Source: Leptonemataceae bacterium (GTDB lineage Bacteria > Spirochaetota > Leptospiria > Leptospirales > Leptonemataceae). Taken from it: a DNA stretch of 64,000 bases. Positions within the stretch are counted from its first letter, which is position 1, and the number at the start of each line of letters is the position of its first letter. The DNA lies in assembly GCA_965227295.1 (NCBI GenBank), contig OZ245742.1:3968001-4032000 (forward strand). The letters run 5' to 3'. Positions 49,213 through 60,188 of the stretch are shown here, one piece after another. Under the pieces are notes generated by a model. The model made no database searches, was not told the origin of the DNA, and was given only the letters and a program-made list of their open reading frames with translations. The position numbers and the translations under genes are program-made.

Positions 49213-50433
49213 ATGAACTGCACGCACTGCGGAAAAGCCCTCACCGTCCACGTCCTGGAGGGGCCCGAGGGTCGTTGGGAAGAACGCCTCTACTGCGCGG
49301 CGTGTCGGTCGTTCCAGAACCAGCCCGGCGATCGGCGGTGTCTCTACTGCGGCTCCACGTACCGCCGTTTTCTGCGCTCCGGTCTGCTCGGCTGTGCCCG
49401 TTGTTACGATACCTTCGCGGCCGATCTCCAGGACATCGTCGAGAAGTACCGCGGTCGGACGCGGCCGGCGTCCCCGGGACAGAGGACCGCGCACGGACCG
49501 GGCCGGTTGGCCCGGTCCCGGAGTGCGGAGTTGGCCGGCCTGGTTCTGGCGGAGCAGGAAGATGGGACGGCACCGGAAAATCACCTGGAGGGGAGGCCGC
49601 GCGAAGGGAATGGACCGGATCCAATGGCACCGGAGGACCTGCCCCCACCGGCGGCGACCGTCGGAGCGGCCAACCCGGATCGTTCACCAATCCTGGGCTG
49701 CAGGGTACGCCTGGCCCGGAACATCGTCGGGCTGCCGTTCTGGAACCGTCTGGAAGCTTCCGCCCAGGCCCTTTTGAGCAGCAGCCTGCTTTCGCCGTCC
49801 CAGGCGCTCGGTCTGTACTTTGCCCCCGCGGCCAACTATTCCGGGGAGCCTGTATTCGGTGAGGAACTGCATCGCCTGCAACGCTCCGGGATCCTGCCGG
49901 CCCAGGCCGCGGCCGCCCGTCGGGTCCCCGGAAGGGACGTCTGGATCTATACCGGCGACGAGGATCACTTTCGCATCCAGTGGCTTTTCGAGCACGAGCC
50001 GTCTACGGCCTTCGATCCCGTGCGAGAAGTCGAAACCCTGCACCGATCTATCTCGTCTACTATAGAGGAAATCGCCGAGATAGATACGCTCTACGCCTAC
50101 CAGTGGCACGACGATCATGGTTTTTTGACCGCTTGTCCCGGAATCGGCGGGGCGGGGATCCGGCTCTCGATTCTGCTGGATCTGTACGCACTCATGCGCC
50201 GGGGGCGCTGGTCGATCTGGCGGGAACGGCTGATTCAGGCGGGTTTTGAGGTTCGGGGATCCCGGGGCGAAGGGGCCACGCGCTCCGGCGACGAGCGGGT
50301 GCAGGTCTCGAATCGTTTCTGGACTGCGGATGCGGACCTTCGGGCCGAGGCAGGCCGGTTTTTGGAGATTGTAGGGCGGCTGGCAGCCGCCGAAAGTGTG
50401 GAACGCCGGTCCGGAGGCGGGACATCGCTTTAA
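49213..50433 (+). CDS. McsA (4x CxxC)-McsB (ATP:guanido phosphotransferase) fusion protein
   Basis: CTHC, CAAC, CLYC, LLGCARCY, then RVRLARN, GDEDHFRIQ, GFLTACP, EVRGSRGEG, QVSN; directly upstream of clpC. Confidence 0.8.
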   Translation: MNCTHCGKALTVHVLEGPEGRWEERLYCAACRSFQNQPGDRRCLYCGSTYRRFLRSGLLGCARCYDTFAADLQDIVEKYRGRTRPASPGQRTAHGPGRLARSRSAELAGLVLAEQEDGTAPENHLEGRPREGNGPDPMAPEDLPPPAATVGAANPDRSPILGCRVRLARNIVGLPFWNRLEASAQALLSSSLLSPSQALGLYFAPAANYSGEPVFGEELHRLQRSGILPAQAAAARRVPGRDVWIYTGDEDHFRIQWLFEHEPSTAFDPVREVETLHRSISSTIEEIAEIDTLYAYQWHDDHGFLTACPGIGGAGIRLSILLDLYALMRRGRWSIWRERLIQAGFEVRGSRGEGATRSGDERVQVSNRFWTADADLRAEAGRFLEIVGRLAAAESVERRSGGGTSL

Positions 50434-50698
50434 TTTTTAATTATAGTTCCGACAATATATTGAGAGAAAGTCCGAAAACCCCGGCGGGCATTATTTTCCG
50501 TGACAAAGCCTGACGCCCTGGTTTTCCTGGAATGGGGGCAACTCACACGTCCGAACCCTGCGCCGGCACGGGGAAATTTCGGACGTTGTACACAAATAAA
50601 CAGCCGGCCGCGTCACGGGGGTGCATCCTCTGCTGCAAATCAGTCAAAACAAGGCATGTGGCAGTCGGGTTGGATCCAGGTAGTTTTTGGAGAGCTAT

Positions 50699-53305
50699 AT
50701 GTTCGATTTTACCAAACGAGCAAAACGAGTCATCAACGAGTATGCCCAGCAGGAAGCGAAGCGCCTGGGGCACGACATGATCGGGCCGGAGCACATTTTG
50801 CTCGGACTGCTGCGGGAAGAAGACTCGGTGGCCATCAAGATTCTTAAGAATCTGAACATCGATCTGAACGAACTCAAGAAAGAGGTCGAGCGCCGTTCCA
50901 AGCAGGGCGGGAACACGCTTCTGATCGATATTTCACCGAATCCGGATAAATATCAAAAAATAATCGACTATTCCAAAGAAGAAGCGAAGCGCCTGAAGCA
51001 CAACTACGTGGGCACCGAGCACATCCTGCTCGCTCTTTTGCGCGATAACAACAACGTCGCCGGGGCCGCCCTCGCAAACTTCAGCGTGAACTACTCCGTC
51101 ATTAAGGGCGAGATCCTGCGCATCCTCGGCGTGGCCACGTCGGGATCGTCCTCGTCTTCGCGGCAGGGGTCTTCCGAGAAGTCCCGCACGCCGACCCTCG
51201 ACGAGTTCGCCCGGGATCTTACCCAGCTCTCCCGCGAGAAGAAGCTGGACCCGGTCATCGGTCGGGATCAGGAAATCCAGCGCCTCGTCCAGGTGCTCTG
51301 CCGCAAGACCAAGAACAACCCCGTGCTCATCGGTGAAGCCGGCGTCGGCAAGACCGCCATCGTCGAAGGCCTGGCCGAACGCATCGTCGGTCACGACGTC
51401 CCCGATCTACTGTTCGAGAAGCGCGTCATCGCCCTCGACCTGGCGTCGTTGGTCGCCGGCACGAAGTACCGCGGTGAGTTCGAAGATCGCCTGAAGAAAA
51501 TCATGCGCGAGATTCAGAACTCCAGCAACATCATCGTGTTCATCGACGAGTTGCATACGTTGATCGGTGCCGGTGCCGCCGAAGGCGCCATCGACGCGGC
51601 GAACATGCTGAAGCCGGCTCTTGCCCGCGGTGAGATCCAGTGCATCGGCGCCACGACGCTCACCGAGTTCCGCAAGTACATCGAAAAAGATTCGGCCCTG
51701 GAGCGTCGCTTCCAGTCCATCCTGGTCAAAGAACCGTCCGCCGATGATACCATCCTCATTCTGAAAGGCCTGAAGAAAGCCTTCGAAGCGCATCACAAGG
51801 TCCACTACAGCGACGACTCGCTGGAACTGGCCGTGAAGCTGGCCGAACGTTATATCAACGATCGCTATCTACCGGACAAGGCCATCGACGTCATCGACGA
51901 GGCCGGTTCCCGGGCGCGGCTTTCGAATTCCTCCCGTCCGCAAGAGATCATCGATCTGGAAGAAGAGATCAAAGAACTCGTCCAGAAAAAAGACGACATG
52001 GTCAAGGCGCAGGAGTACGAAAAGGCGGCCCAGATCCGCGACGCCATTAATCTAAAAAAAGAAGTCCTGGAAGAGAAGATCAACCAGTGGCAGGAGCGCA
52101 TCGCCGACTACTCCGTGGACATTTCCCCGGAGGACATCTACGCGGTGATTTCGCTGTGGACCGGGATCCCGCTCGAAAAGATCGAAGAGGGCGAGGCCGA
52201 AAAACTGCTCCGCATGGAAGAAGAGATCGCGGCCCGCGTGGTGGCGCAGTCCGAGGCGGTGCAGCAGGTGGCTCGCGCCGTTCGTCGCGCGCGCACCGGT
52301 TTTAAGGACCACAAGAAACCCTCGGGTTCGTTCATCTTTCTGGGGCCCACCGGCGTCGGCAAAACCGAACTTGCCCGGGCTCTGGCGGACTTTCTCTTCG
52401 GCGACGAGAAGAAGCTCTTCCGCCTGGACATGTCCGAGTACATGGAACCGCACTCCATCTCGAAGCTCATCGGTTCGCCGCCGGGCTACGTGGGCTACGA
52501 TGACGCCGGTCAGCTCTCCGAGTTCGTCCGCCGCAATCCGTACTCGGTGGTGCTTTTCGACGAAGTCGAGAAAGCGCACCCGGATATCTTCAACCTGCTG
52601 CTGCAAATCCTCGACGAGGGTACCTTAACGGATACCCACGGTCGCAAAGTGGACTTCTCGGAGACGATCATCATCATGACGTCGAATCTGGGGGCGCGGG
52701 AAATGCAGCGCGGCGGCAAGCTGGGCTTCGCCGAAGACTCAAGCCGTCGCGAACAGATGAAGAAAGATCGGGTCATGGAAGAGCTCAAGAAGCACTTCAA
52801 CCCGGAATTTCTCAACCGCATCGACGAGATCATCACGTTCCACACGCTCACGAAAGAACACATTCGCAAGATCATCGACATCATGCTCATGCGCATGAAT
52901 CGCCAGCTCCAGGATAAGAAAATCCTGCTCACGATGGACGAGGACGCGAAGGACCTCATCGCCGACAAGGGTTACGACGAAAAGTATGGGGCGCGGCCGT
53001 TACGCCGAACTCTGCAACGCGAAGTAGAGGACTACATGGCGAATCGTATGCTGGAAGGCGCTTACAAAGAGCCCACTGAGATTACGGCGGGCGTGGAGAC
53101 GGTGGAAGATCACAAACTTCTGAAGTACGACGAGAAACCCTGGCCGGGCTACGAGGCCATTCGTCGGGCCCGGGAAGAAGAGATCGCTCGCAAAGAAGAG
53201 GAACTGAACAAACGCAAGGGCGCTCCGTCTCCGGACAGCACCGAGGCCGGCGATGATGATTCGGAGCCGGCCGAGCAGTCCGCCAATACGGGGCAGGTAA
53301 GCTAG
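50699..53305 (+). CDS. clpC: ATP-dependent Clp protease ATP-binding subunit ClpC
   Basis: Double Clp-N domain, [11 protein letters not shown]-type middle domain ([11 protein letters not shown]), [12 protein letters not shown] ClpP-docking loop, GARPLRR. Confidence 0.96.
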   Translation: MFDFTKRAKRVINEYAQQEAKRLGHDMIGPEHILLGLLREEDSVAIKILKNLNIDLNELKKEVERRSKQGGNTLLIDISPNPDKYQKIIDYSKEEAKRLKHNYVGTEHILLALLRDNNNVAGAALANFSVNYSVIKGEILRILGVATSGSSSSSRQGSSEKSRTPTLDEFARDLTQLSREKKLDPVIGRDQEIQRLVQVLCRKTKNNPVLIGEAGVGKTAIVEGLAERIVGHDVPDLLFEKRVIALDLASLVAGTKYRGEFEDRLKKIMREIQNSSNIIVFIDELHTLIGAGAAEGAIDAANMLKPALARGEIQCIGATTLTEFRKYIEKDSALERRFQSILVKEPSADDTILILKGLKKAFEAHHKVHYSDDSLELAVKLAERYINDRYLPDKAIDVIDEAGSRARLSNSSRPQEIIDLEEEIKELVQKKDDMVKAQEYEKAAQIRDAINLKKEVLEEKINQWQERIADYSVDISPEDIYAVISLWTGIPLEKIEEGEAEKLLRMEEEIAARVVAQSEAVQQVARAVRRARTGFKDHKKPSGSFIFLGPTGVGKTELARALADFLFGDEKKLFRLDMSEYMEPHSISKLIGSPPGYVGYDDAGQLSEFVRRNPYSVVLFDEVEKAHPDIFNLLLQILDEGTLTDTHGRKVDFSETIIIMTSNLGAREMQRGGKLGFAEDSSRREQMKKDRVMEELKKHFNPEFLNRIDEIITFHTLTKEHIRKIIDIMLMRMNRQLQDKKILLTMDEDAKDLIADKGYDEKYGARPLRRTLQREVEDYMANRMLEGAYKEPTEITAGVETVEDHKLLKYDEKPWPGYEAIRRAREEEIARKEEELNKRKGAPSPDSTEAGDDDSEPAEQSANTGQVS

Positions 53306-53316
53306 GTGGCACCAGG

Positions 53317-53817
53317 TTGAACGATTGGGGGACGGTCGGTAGTTGGGTCGTCTACGGAGGGCTTCCGGTCCTCGGGATGGTGCTGGCTGTACTTCTATTC
53401 TTAACGCTGCTGTTTCTCCGCCGCCACTTCGGTGTTTCGTCGTTGGTCCAGGCGGAGATCCTCCGCCTGAACCCGCTGTTTCACCCGGACCATCCCATTC
53501 GCACGGAGTGGCTTCAGTGCGATTACGCCTTCACCGTGCGGGACGAACCTTTTGCCGGGACGTGCCTATTGCCCGTGCATCTTTTTCTCGGGCACCCGCA
53601 GCAGATCATGATCTGGAAGGACAGCCGTCTCGATCTGCCGGTGCTCTTTCATGACGGGCGACGCTTCGTCGGGGCGGAGAGCATCGAACACTATCTGCTG
53701 ACGTTCCGCGAACACATCCGCATTCGTTATCGAAACAGGGATCCGCTGCACAACGCTCCGGTGGAAGCGGATATCCTTCCGAAAAAAGTGGTCGAAAATA
53801 GATCGACCGGCTCCTGA
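53317..53817 (+). CDS. Hypothetical membrane-anchored protein
   Basis: N-terminal TM helix; packed in the operon after clpC; TTG start. Confidence 0.7.
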   Translation: MNDWGTVGSWVVYGGLPVLGMVLAVLLFLTLLFLRRHFGVSSLVQAEILRLNPLFHPDHPIRTEWLQCDYAFTVRDEPFAGTCLLPVHLFLGHPQQIMIWKDSRLDLPVLFHDGRRFVGAESIEHYLLTFREHIRIRYRNRDPLHNAPVEADILPKKVVENRSTGS

Positions 53818-53827
53818 CTGGCCGAAT

Positions 53828-54628
53828 ATGTCCCGTTTTCTGCAATGCACCCGAACCGCGCGCGCGGTGTCCGTCTTTATTCTGCTGTGCTTCGTTACAC
53901 TGCCGGCCTTCGCGCTGGCGCCGCGCTACGAAGAGGCGTTGAAGCTGTTTCACGACGGCAAGTTCGACGCGTCGCTGGAAGTCATCCGCGCGGTCTTCGA
54001 CGATAACAAGGGCGCCATCGAACTCCGCCTCCTGGCCGCGCACAATTACCTGGGCAAACGCGATTTCGAAAACGCTCGCGCGCACATGGAGTACTGTATG
54101 CAACAGCATCCGGATCGCTTCGAGTGCCGGGCGGTGTTGTCGACGATTCTGCGCGAGCAGGGACGGTCCGGGGCGGCCCTGCAGGTGCTCGCCGCGGCCA
54201 TTCGTAAGTTCGGCAATGTTCCGGAGCTGAGGCTGGAAGCAGCGGCAGCGCACTTCGCGCAGGGTTCCTACGGAACCGCTCGCACGCATCTCGAAAAGGT
54301 CATTGCCGAAGACTCGCGGAACTTCGCCGCCATTTACATGGACGGGCTTATCTTCCTCAAGCAGCGCCAGTACAGCAACGCCGAGTTTCGCCTGCAAAAC
54401 GCGCTGGATCTCAAACCGAAAAACAAGACCGATCTCGTAAACCTGTACGTGAATCTCGGCTTTGCGTACGAAGGCCAGGGCGATGCCCTCGTCAGTGAAG
54501 GCAAGTCTGCGGATGCTGCGGTGCGCTTTCGCGAAGCGTTGCGCTACTATACCTTCGCATTGCGCCTGGACCCGGACAATAGCACGGCGCGCGGCAATCG
54601 AGCCCGCGTGGAGGCCAAAGAGATCTAA
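53828..54628 (+). CDS. Exported TPR protein
   Basis: Signal peptide (AFA) and TPR helices; TAATG overlap with mtaB. Confidence 0.85.
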   Translation: MSRFLQCTRTARAVSVFILLCFVTLPAFALAPRYEEALKLFHDGKFDASLEVIRAVFDDNKGAIELRLLAAHNYLGKRDFENARAHMEYCMQQHPDRFECRAVLSTILREQGRSGAALQVLAAAIRKFGNVPELRLEAAAAHFAQGSYGTARTHLEKVIAEDSRNFAAIYMDGLIFLKQRQYSNAEFRLQNALDLKPKNKTDLVNLYVNLGFAYEGQGDALVSEGKSADAAVRFREALRYYTFALRLDPDNSTARGNRARVEAKEI

Positions 54629-56058
54629 TGCCCCGTTCCGGCACAACGACGGAACGGCGACGCCCCACGGTGGCGGTCCAGACCCTCGGTTGCCGTTTGA
54701 ACCAGTACGAATCCGACGGCATTCTGAATCGTTTCGTAGACAGCGGACGTTATACTGCCGTGCGGCCGGAGGACGGGCCGGACATCGCCATCGTCAACAG
54801 TTGTACCGTGACCGACCAGGCCGACGGCCGAAACCGCGGGGCCGTGCGCTCGTTTCTCAGGAAGAACCCCGACGCCACCGTAATCGTCACCGGTTGTTTC
54901 GCGCAGACCGACCCGGAACTGCTGAAAGACTTACCGGGCGTGGCGTTGGTCGTGGGCAACGATCGCAAGCCGGCATTGTTTGATCTCGTTGAAGAAATGC
55001 TCGCGGACTCCGGTTCCGCCGATGTATACGAGCCGCAATTTTACGAAGAATCCGAGCGTCTGCGCAAACATGCGGACGGTGGAAGTTACGGGGCGCGCCC
55101 CATCCTGGAGAATCCCTTCGGTTACGGCGATGTCGTTCCGTTGGGACACACGCGCGCCTACATGAAAATCCAGGACGGCTGCGATCGACGCTGCACGTAC
55201 TGCAAGATTCCCATGGCCCGCGGTCGCGGCATCTCCCGGCCGACGCACGACATCCTGGAGCACGTCCGCCGCCTGGACGGTGAGGGCGTGCCGGAAATCG
55301 TGCTCACCGGTGTGAACCTGGGCTGGTATCGGGATCGTGCTCAGGACGTGCGTTTCATCGGGCTCATCGAGAAGATTCTGGACGCAATCGGACACGCGCG
55401 CCTGCGGATTTCCAGCATTGAACCGTGCGATGTGGACGCGCCCCTGGCCGAACTCTCGCTGCACCCGCGGTTCTGCGATTTTCTGCACGTACCGCTCCAG
55501 AGCGGCTCGGCGAGGATTCTTAAGGCCATGCGTCGAACCTACAGCCCCTTCAGTTTTCTCAAGCGCATGGAGACCGTGCTTGCCATCAATCCGCGGCTGT
55601 TTCCGGGCACGGACGTCATTGTGGGGTTTCCGGGCGAAACCGAGGATGACTTCACCGATAGCCTGAAGCTCTGCCGGGATACGCAAATGGCGAACATCCA
55701 CGGCTTTCGCTATTCGCCGCGCCGGGGCACGCCGGCCTCGGACTTCGCCGATCATGTGCCGATGCATGTCGTGCGCGAACGCATGCAGCGCCTCATTGCT
55801 GAAAAAGATGCCGGCTTTCGTGCGTACGCGGAGCGGTTCTTTGGCAGTGTGCGCGAGGGGATCGTTGAAAAGCCGGGCGCCGGCGAACTGGAAGTTCTTA
55901 CCGATAACTATTTGCGTGTGAAAGTTACGCCTGCAGACCGGAGGCCGCGCAAGGGAGCATTGATCCCCGTGCGCATTCGGGACTTCGCGCCGGCCGGAGA
56001 CGGCAACGACGCCAACGCCGCGGCACGCTTTCTTCTCGTCGGCGAACTTGCAGACTGA
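54628..56058 (+). CDS. mtaB: tRNA t6A37 methylthiotransferase
   Basis: TLGCRLNQYES, NSCTVT..AD, VTGC.AQ, KIQDGCDRRCTYC (radical SAM), TDNYL. Confidence 0.94.
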   Translation: MPRSGTTTERRRPTVAVQTLGCRLNQYESDGILNRFVDSGRYTAVRPEDGPDIAIVNSCTVTDQADGRNRGAVRSFLRKNPDATVIVTGCFAQTDPELLKDLPGVALVVGNDRKPALFDLVEEMLADSGSADVYEPQFYEESERLRKHADGGSYGARPILENPFGYGDVVPLGHTRAYMKIQDGCDRRCTYCKIPMARGRGISRPTHDILEHVRRLDGEGVPEIVLTGVNLGWYRDRAQDVRFIGLIEKILDAIGHARLRISSIEPCDVDAPLAELSLHPRFCDFLHVPLQSGSARILKAMRRTYSPFSFLKRMETVLAINPRLFPGTDVIVGFPGETEDDFTDSLKLCRDTQMANIHGFRYSPRRGTPASDFADHVPMHVVRERMQRLIAEKDAGFRAYAERFFGSVREGIVEKPGAGELEVLTDNYLRVKVTPADRRPRKGALIPVRIRDFAPAGDGNDANAAARFLLVGELAD

Positions 56059-56690
56059 TGCAGAACATCGTCCTGCTTCTTACCGCCAACGCGATCGCTC
56101 AGTTCAGTCCCGGTCCGGACATGTTGCTCTTGATGCGCAACGCCGCGACAGCCGGCCGGCCTGCGGCCCTCGCCACGGTGCTCGGCATCTGCAGCGGGCT
56201 CAGCGTTCACATTACCGTTTCCGTGGTGGGTCTCGGCGCGGTGCTCGCCCAAAACCTGTTCGTATTCCAGGGGTTTCTGCTGGGAGCGTGCGCTTATCTC
56301 GGCTACCTGGGATGCAAATCGCTGCTCGCCGGCGAAGATGAAAGCGCAGCTGCGGGCGACGTCGATCAGGGTGTGCAGCGGCATAAGTCGGCTTTTACGG
56401 CCTATCGCGAAGGTCTGTGGACGAATTTACTGAACGCCAAGGCGGCGCTGTTTTTTCTGAGTCTGTTCAGTCTGGTGATCGGGCCGGAGACCGGCGCGGC
56501 GACAAAGGCCGGCTACGGTGTGATGTTGGTCGTTCAGGCGGCGGTGCTCTGGGCGTTGTTCGTGCTGGGATTGCAGACGGAATTCTTGCAGAAGCATATG
56601 CGCCGGAGTCGTGCGGCCCTGGATCGTTTGTTCGGTTTGCTACTGATCGTGGTGGCGCTGAAGATCTTCTGGGATAACTTCGTATCCTGA
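56058..56690 (+). CDS. LysE/RhtB family exporter
   Basis: SPGPDML, EGLWTNLLNAKAALFF; about 6 TM segments. Confidence 0.92.
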   Translation: MQNIVLLLTANAIAQFSPGPDMLLLMRNAATAGRPAALATVLGICSGLSVHITVSVVGLGAVLAQNLFVFQGFLLGACAYLGYLGCKSLLAGEDESAAAGDVDQGVQRHKSAFTAYREGLWTNLLNAKAALFFLSLFSLVIGPETGAATKAGYGVMLVVQAAVLWALFVLGLQTEFLQKHMRRSRAALDRLFGLLLIVVALKIFWDNFVS

Positions 56691-56707
56691 GCGCCGGTAC
56701 GCCAGGG

Positions 56708-57366
56708 TCAAAGCCGGATCAGTTCTTTTTGAAACGCGGAGAATCGGGAATACTCGCGCCTGATCTTCGAAAACCACTGCCGGACTTCTACTTCGCGACC
56801 GACCCGGGGCGCCAGTTCCACGCAGCAGGCCATGAACATCGCCACCTGACTGTAGTACCGCCTGCGCTTTTCCCCGAGAATCCCCCGCGCTCTGTTTTCA
56901 GCCGCAGGCGGTTCTCGTGCGTTCGCCGGCACCGAGGAGGCGCACCAGCCGGGTAAGATTCGCCTCAGTAACCCAGGCCTTCTTCAGGCGAAACAGCACA
57001 TCTCCGGTCCCATTGGTGGCCGAGGTCAATTTCTCCATCGAACAGGGGCGGCGATAGCGCCGCCAAAATCTCGTGCGCGTTCTCGTAAGCGCCCGCCAGA
57101 AAAGCCCGTGTCGCGATGCGCAGGCATTCGTTGATGGGAGCCGGATCGGCGTAATTCATCTCGACGGCCTCGCGAATCACCTGCATGGCCCACACGACAT
57201 CCTTCCGGGGCGGCTGCACAGGTCGCCACTCGGACGCGGCCTGTGCAGCCCGGGTGAGCAGGAAGTCGCTACAGCGATTGAAGTGTTCGTCGTCCAATTG
57301 TTGCAGAATGGCTCGCAGGCAGGAGCGCAGCTCTTCGGCGTCCATTGCTTCGAGGGCGCCTTCCAT
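56708..57366 (-). pseudogene. Probable fragmented or deleted hypothetical protein gene
   Basis: Two protein-like helical pieces (…NYADP…AFLAGAY…DGEIDLGH and …KRRRYYSQVA…IRREYSRFSAFQKEL*) in different frames, joined by a short non-protein-like stretch. Confidence 0.5.
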
Positions 57367-57403
57367 CGGTGATTGGTTTTGATTTCGGATGTCGTTGTTG
57401 TGC

Positions 57404-58054
57404 CTAATCATCGGATTCGTAGTCGTGCTTCACGTAGTTCGCGTCGATTTCCTTTTGTTCCTCGGTCTTCGCGATTTCCAGGCCGTAGATGTAACGGTTC
57501 GTGCGCAGGCTATTCGTGATCCGGTAACCGGCGTCTTCGATGAAAAACGTCATGCGATCCTTTGAGATCTTCTGCGCCAATTCCGGTCCGGACGGCGCTT
57601 CGATTTTTTCCCAATCGAGGATGACCAGGCGGCCGTCGTTCTTGAGGCTGCGGCCGATCCCGCGAATGGCCAGGGCCGGGTCCGCAAACGTTGAAAGCAC
57701 GCACGAGCAGAAAATAAGATCCATGGGGGCAATCCAGTCCGGGAGGAGCGGATGCTCGGTGCGCTCAATGTAGAAGGGGATGAACCGATCGAAGTCTTCC
57801 CGAACCTTCAGGCGGAGAACCTCGTCGATGAGTTCTTCTTGCGCCTCGGCGCCCCAGATCTGACACTCCTCTCCAATGAATCGGTAGAACGCCGGCAGGA
57901 AGTAGCCGTTGCCCATGCCGAAGTCGAGCAGGTTCTCAACATCGGCCCATTGCAATTGGGACAGCAGACGATCCGCCGGAAACAATTCCCGGCGCTCCCG
58001 GGACAGGAGATACTCGTGATACTCGGGTTCTTCGTAGTACGGCCGGCCGCGCAT
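57404..58054 (-). CDS. Class I SAM-dependent methyltransferase
   Basis: LLDFGMGNGY (motif I), LKNDGRLVILDW, GP..AQKIS. Confidence 0.88.
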   Translation of the reverse strand: MRGRPYYEEPEYHEYLLSRERRELFPADRLLSQLQWADVENLLDFGMGNGYFLPAFYRFIGEECQIWGAEAQEELIDEVLRLKVREDFDRFIPFYIERTEHPLLPDWIAPMDLIFCSCVLSTFADPALAIRGIGRSLKNDGRLVILDWEKIEAPSGPELAQKISKDRMTFFIEDAGYRITNSLRTNRYIYGLEIAKTEEQKEIDANYVKHDYESDD

Positions 58055-58187
58055 GCTCGGTAAAAGGGAAACCGTTCACGGCCGGCAACAATTCGACGCC
58101 GGCCCTCGTCCAATGGATAACTTCGTCTGGCCGGCGCTGGATTTCAGGCCTCGGGTCTCCGATAAGAACTATAAGGTCATCCGGATT

Positions 58188-60185
58188 ATGTCAATTCGTT
58201 TCGCAATAACGGGACTGCTTGCTTTCCTGTGTTTCGTCGCGTCCGCGCGCGCGCAGAACACGGCGTCCCTGGTTCCAGGCATCGACGATCTGCCGACCGC
58301 GCAGTATCCGGAAGGGGATCCGCGCCGGAAGACACAACCGTCTCCGAACGGTGGAGGCGGTGGTGAAGATGGAACCGGCGACGGCGGGGGCGGCGGAGAC
58401 GCCGTGGTGCAGGTGGATGAGCGTTTCCCGCTGATCCGTGGCATCAAGGTCGAAGCGGACAAGGAGTATCCGCATTCCGTCCGCATTTCCTGGGAGGTCG
58501 ATCCGGCCTCGGACACGGCCATCTACGTCGGTCGGTACATCCGCCCGCTGTCCACGCGGCGCCTGGTGCTCGAAGCGGAGAACCTGACCTCGCCGCCCCT
58601 GGGCCCGAAAGAGAACTCCTACCTGGATCGCAACGTGCCGGACGGCGCCTACTACTACGTCGTGGTTACCACGTTTGAGATGAGCAAACGCGACGACGTG
58701 CGGCTAAAACCCGAGGTGAACTATACCACGAAGCCGATCGTCATCTTTCGTAAGGACGAAGAAGAGAAACAGGAGCCCGGCGCGGAAGTACCGGAGGTTC
58801 GCAATCTTACTGCCATCAATGCCGCCAACTCCGTAAAACTGAACTGGTCCGCGGCGGGGGTCGACAACGCCATCTATAACGTATATCGCAGTGATAAGCC
58901 CCTCGATACTCCGAACTCCCTGGACCAGGCCCGGCGTATCGGAGTGGTGCGCGGCGGCCAGTTGCTCTACGAGGACCTGGAGCCCGTCCAGGATCAGCCG
59001 CGGTACTACGGTGTTACCGTAAGCAAGGCCGACAAAGAGTATCGCGCACTAACTTTGAATCGTTCGTACATTGCGCATACCTTTCAGCGCAAGGAGCCCA
59101 TTTCCGAGGATAACGCTAAGTTTCTTCCGGATGCACTTACGGCATTCCTGGCCGGTGCGGATGCGGTGACGCTGCTCTGGACCCCGCCGGAGGCCGATGT
59201 TCGTGACCTGCGCGTCTATCGTTCCGGGCGGCCCATTACCAGCGAGGCGGCTCTGAATAACGCGCGTTTCCTCGGCCGCGTAAAGTCCGGTGAAACGAAG
59301 TTTCGGGATACGAAGCTTCGTCCGGGGACCTACTACTACGCCGTCATGCCGCGGACGGAGAAGGGCGAACTGCGTTTCTTTGAGGAAGGTCGGACTTTCA
59401 CGGGCTGGGCGGTGACGATCTTTCCGCAGAATCGCGAGGAAGAAGAGCAGAAGGAAGTCGACGGTAAGACCACGGACGACAACGAGCTGGAATTCTCGGA
59501 GGACGAGAAGCAGTCCCTCACGGAACCGGCGCTGGAGTACATCGCCGCCGACGCGAACGACGACTCGGTGTCCCTCGAATGGAACGTGGTGCGTGAGGAC
59601 CTGGCCCAGGACTATCGCCTGTTACTGTATCGCGGCGAGCGTCCCATGCGAACATATGCCGAAGTGCAGGAATGGGGCCGCCTGGTGTCGGAGTTCCCTG
59701 CCGGGACCTCGAAGTATCGCGACATCGGCCTGGACGAAGGTGCGTACTATTACGCAATTCTGTTGGAGCTCGAACAGGGCGTGCAGCGTACCATGGTCGC
59801 CGGGCGAAATTACACGCGCTTCCCGGCGCGCATCGGCGGGCGGGAAACGGACGACGGACGCGAAGATGAGAGCCTGGATCCGGATGAACGCCGCGAAGAG
59901 CCGAACTTCGAATTCGACGGCAGCCTGGACCAACTGAACCGGATTCTCGCGGAGACCTACTTCAAAGAAAAATACACGGATGCCGTACGGCGCATCGAAC
60001 CGTTTACACGGTCGACGGTTCCGCGCCATGTGCGGGCCCGGGCGTTGCTGTATACCGGACTCTCTTACTATCACATGAAACGTTACCGTGTGAGTCTCGA
60101 TTATTTCTTGCAGGAGAGCGTGCGCCAGGAGTATCCGGAACGTTCGAGTTTCTGGTACGACCGCACGATCAAAAAGCTGGACTAA
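58188..60185 (+). CDS. Exported protein with four FN3-like repeats and a C-terminal TPR-like region
   Basis: Signal peptide (ARA); four repeats of V.L.W...Y(R)...P...Y/F.D......YY.V/I. Confidence 0.8.
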   Translation: MSIRFAITGLLAFLCFVASARAQNTASLVPGIDDLPTAQYPEGDPRRKTQPSPNGGGGGEDGTGDGGGGGDAVVQVDERFPLIRGIKVEADKEYPHSVRISWEVDPASDTAIYVGRYIRPLSTRRLVLEAENLTSPPLGPKENSYLDRNVPDGAYYYVVVTTFEMSKRDDVRLKPEVNYTTKPIVIFRKDEEEKQEPGAEVPEVRNLTAINAANSVKLNWSAAGVDNAIYNVYRSDKPLDTPNSLDQARRIGVVRGGQLLYEDLEPVQDQPRYYGVTVSKADKEYRALTLNRSYIAHTFQRKEPISEDNAKFLPDALTAFLAGADAVTLLWTPPEADVRDLRVYRSGRPITSEAALNNARFLGRVKSGETKFRDTKLRPGTYYYAVMPRTEKGELRFFEEGRTFTGWAVTIFPQNREEEEQKEVDGKTTDDNELEFSEDEKQSLTEPALEYIAADANDDSVSLEWNVVREDLAQDYRLLLYRGERPMRTYAEVQEWGRLVSEFPAGTSKYRDIGLDEGAYYYAILLELEQGVQRTMVAGRNYTRFPARIGGRETDDGREDESLDPDERREEPNFEFDGSLDQLNRILAETYFKEKYTDAVRRIEPFTRSTVPRHVRARALLYTGLSYYHMKRYRVSLDYFLQESVRQEYPERSSFWYDRTIKKLD

Positions 60186-60188
60186 GAC

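Noticed and set aside
50642..50658. CtsR box upstream of clpC (agtcaaa-aca-aggcatg)
   Set aside because: Only one half-site matches, no ctsR is in the window, and no CIRCE was seen.
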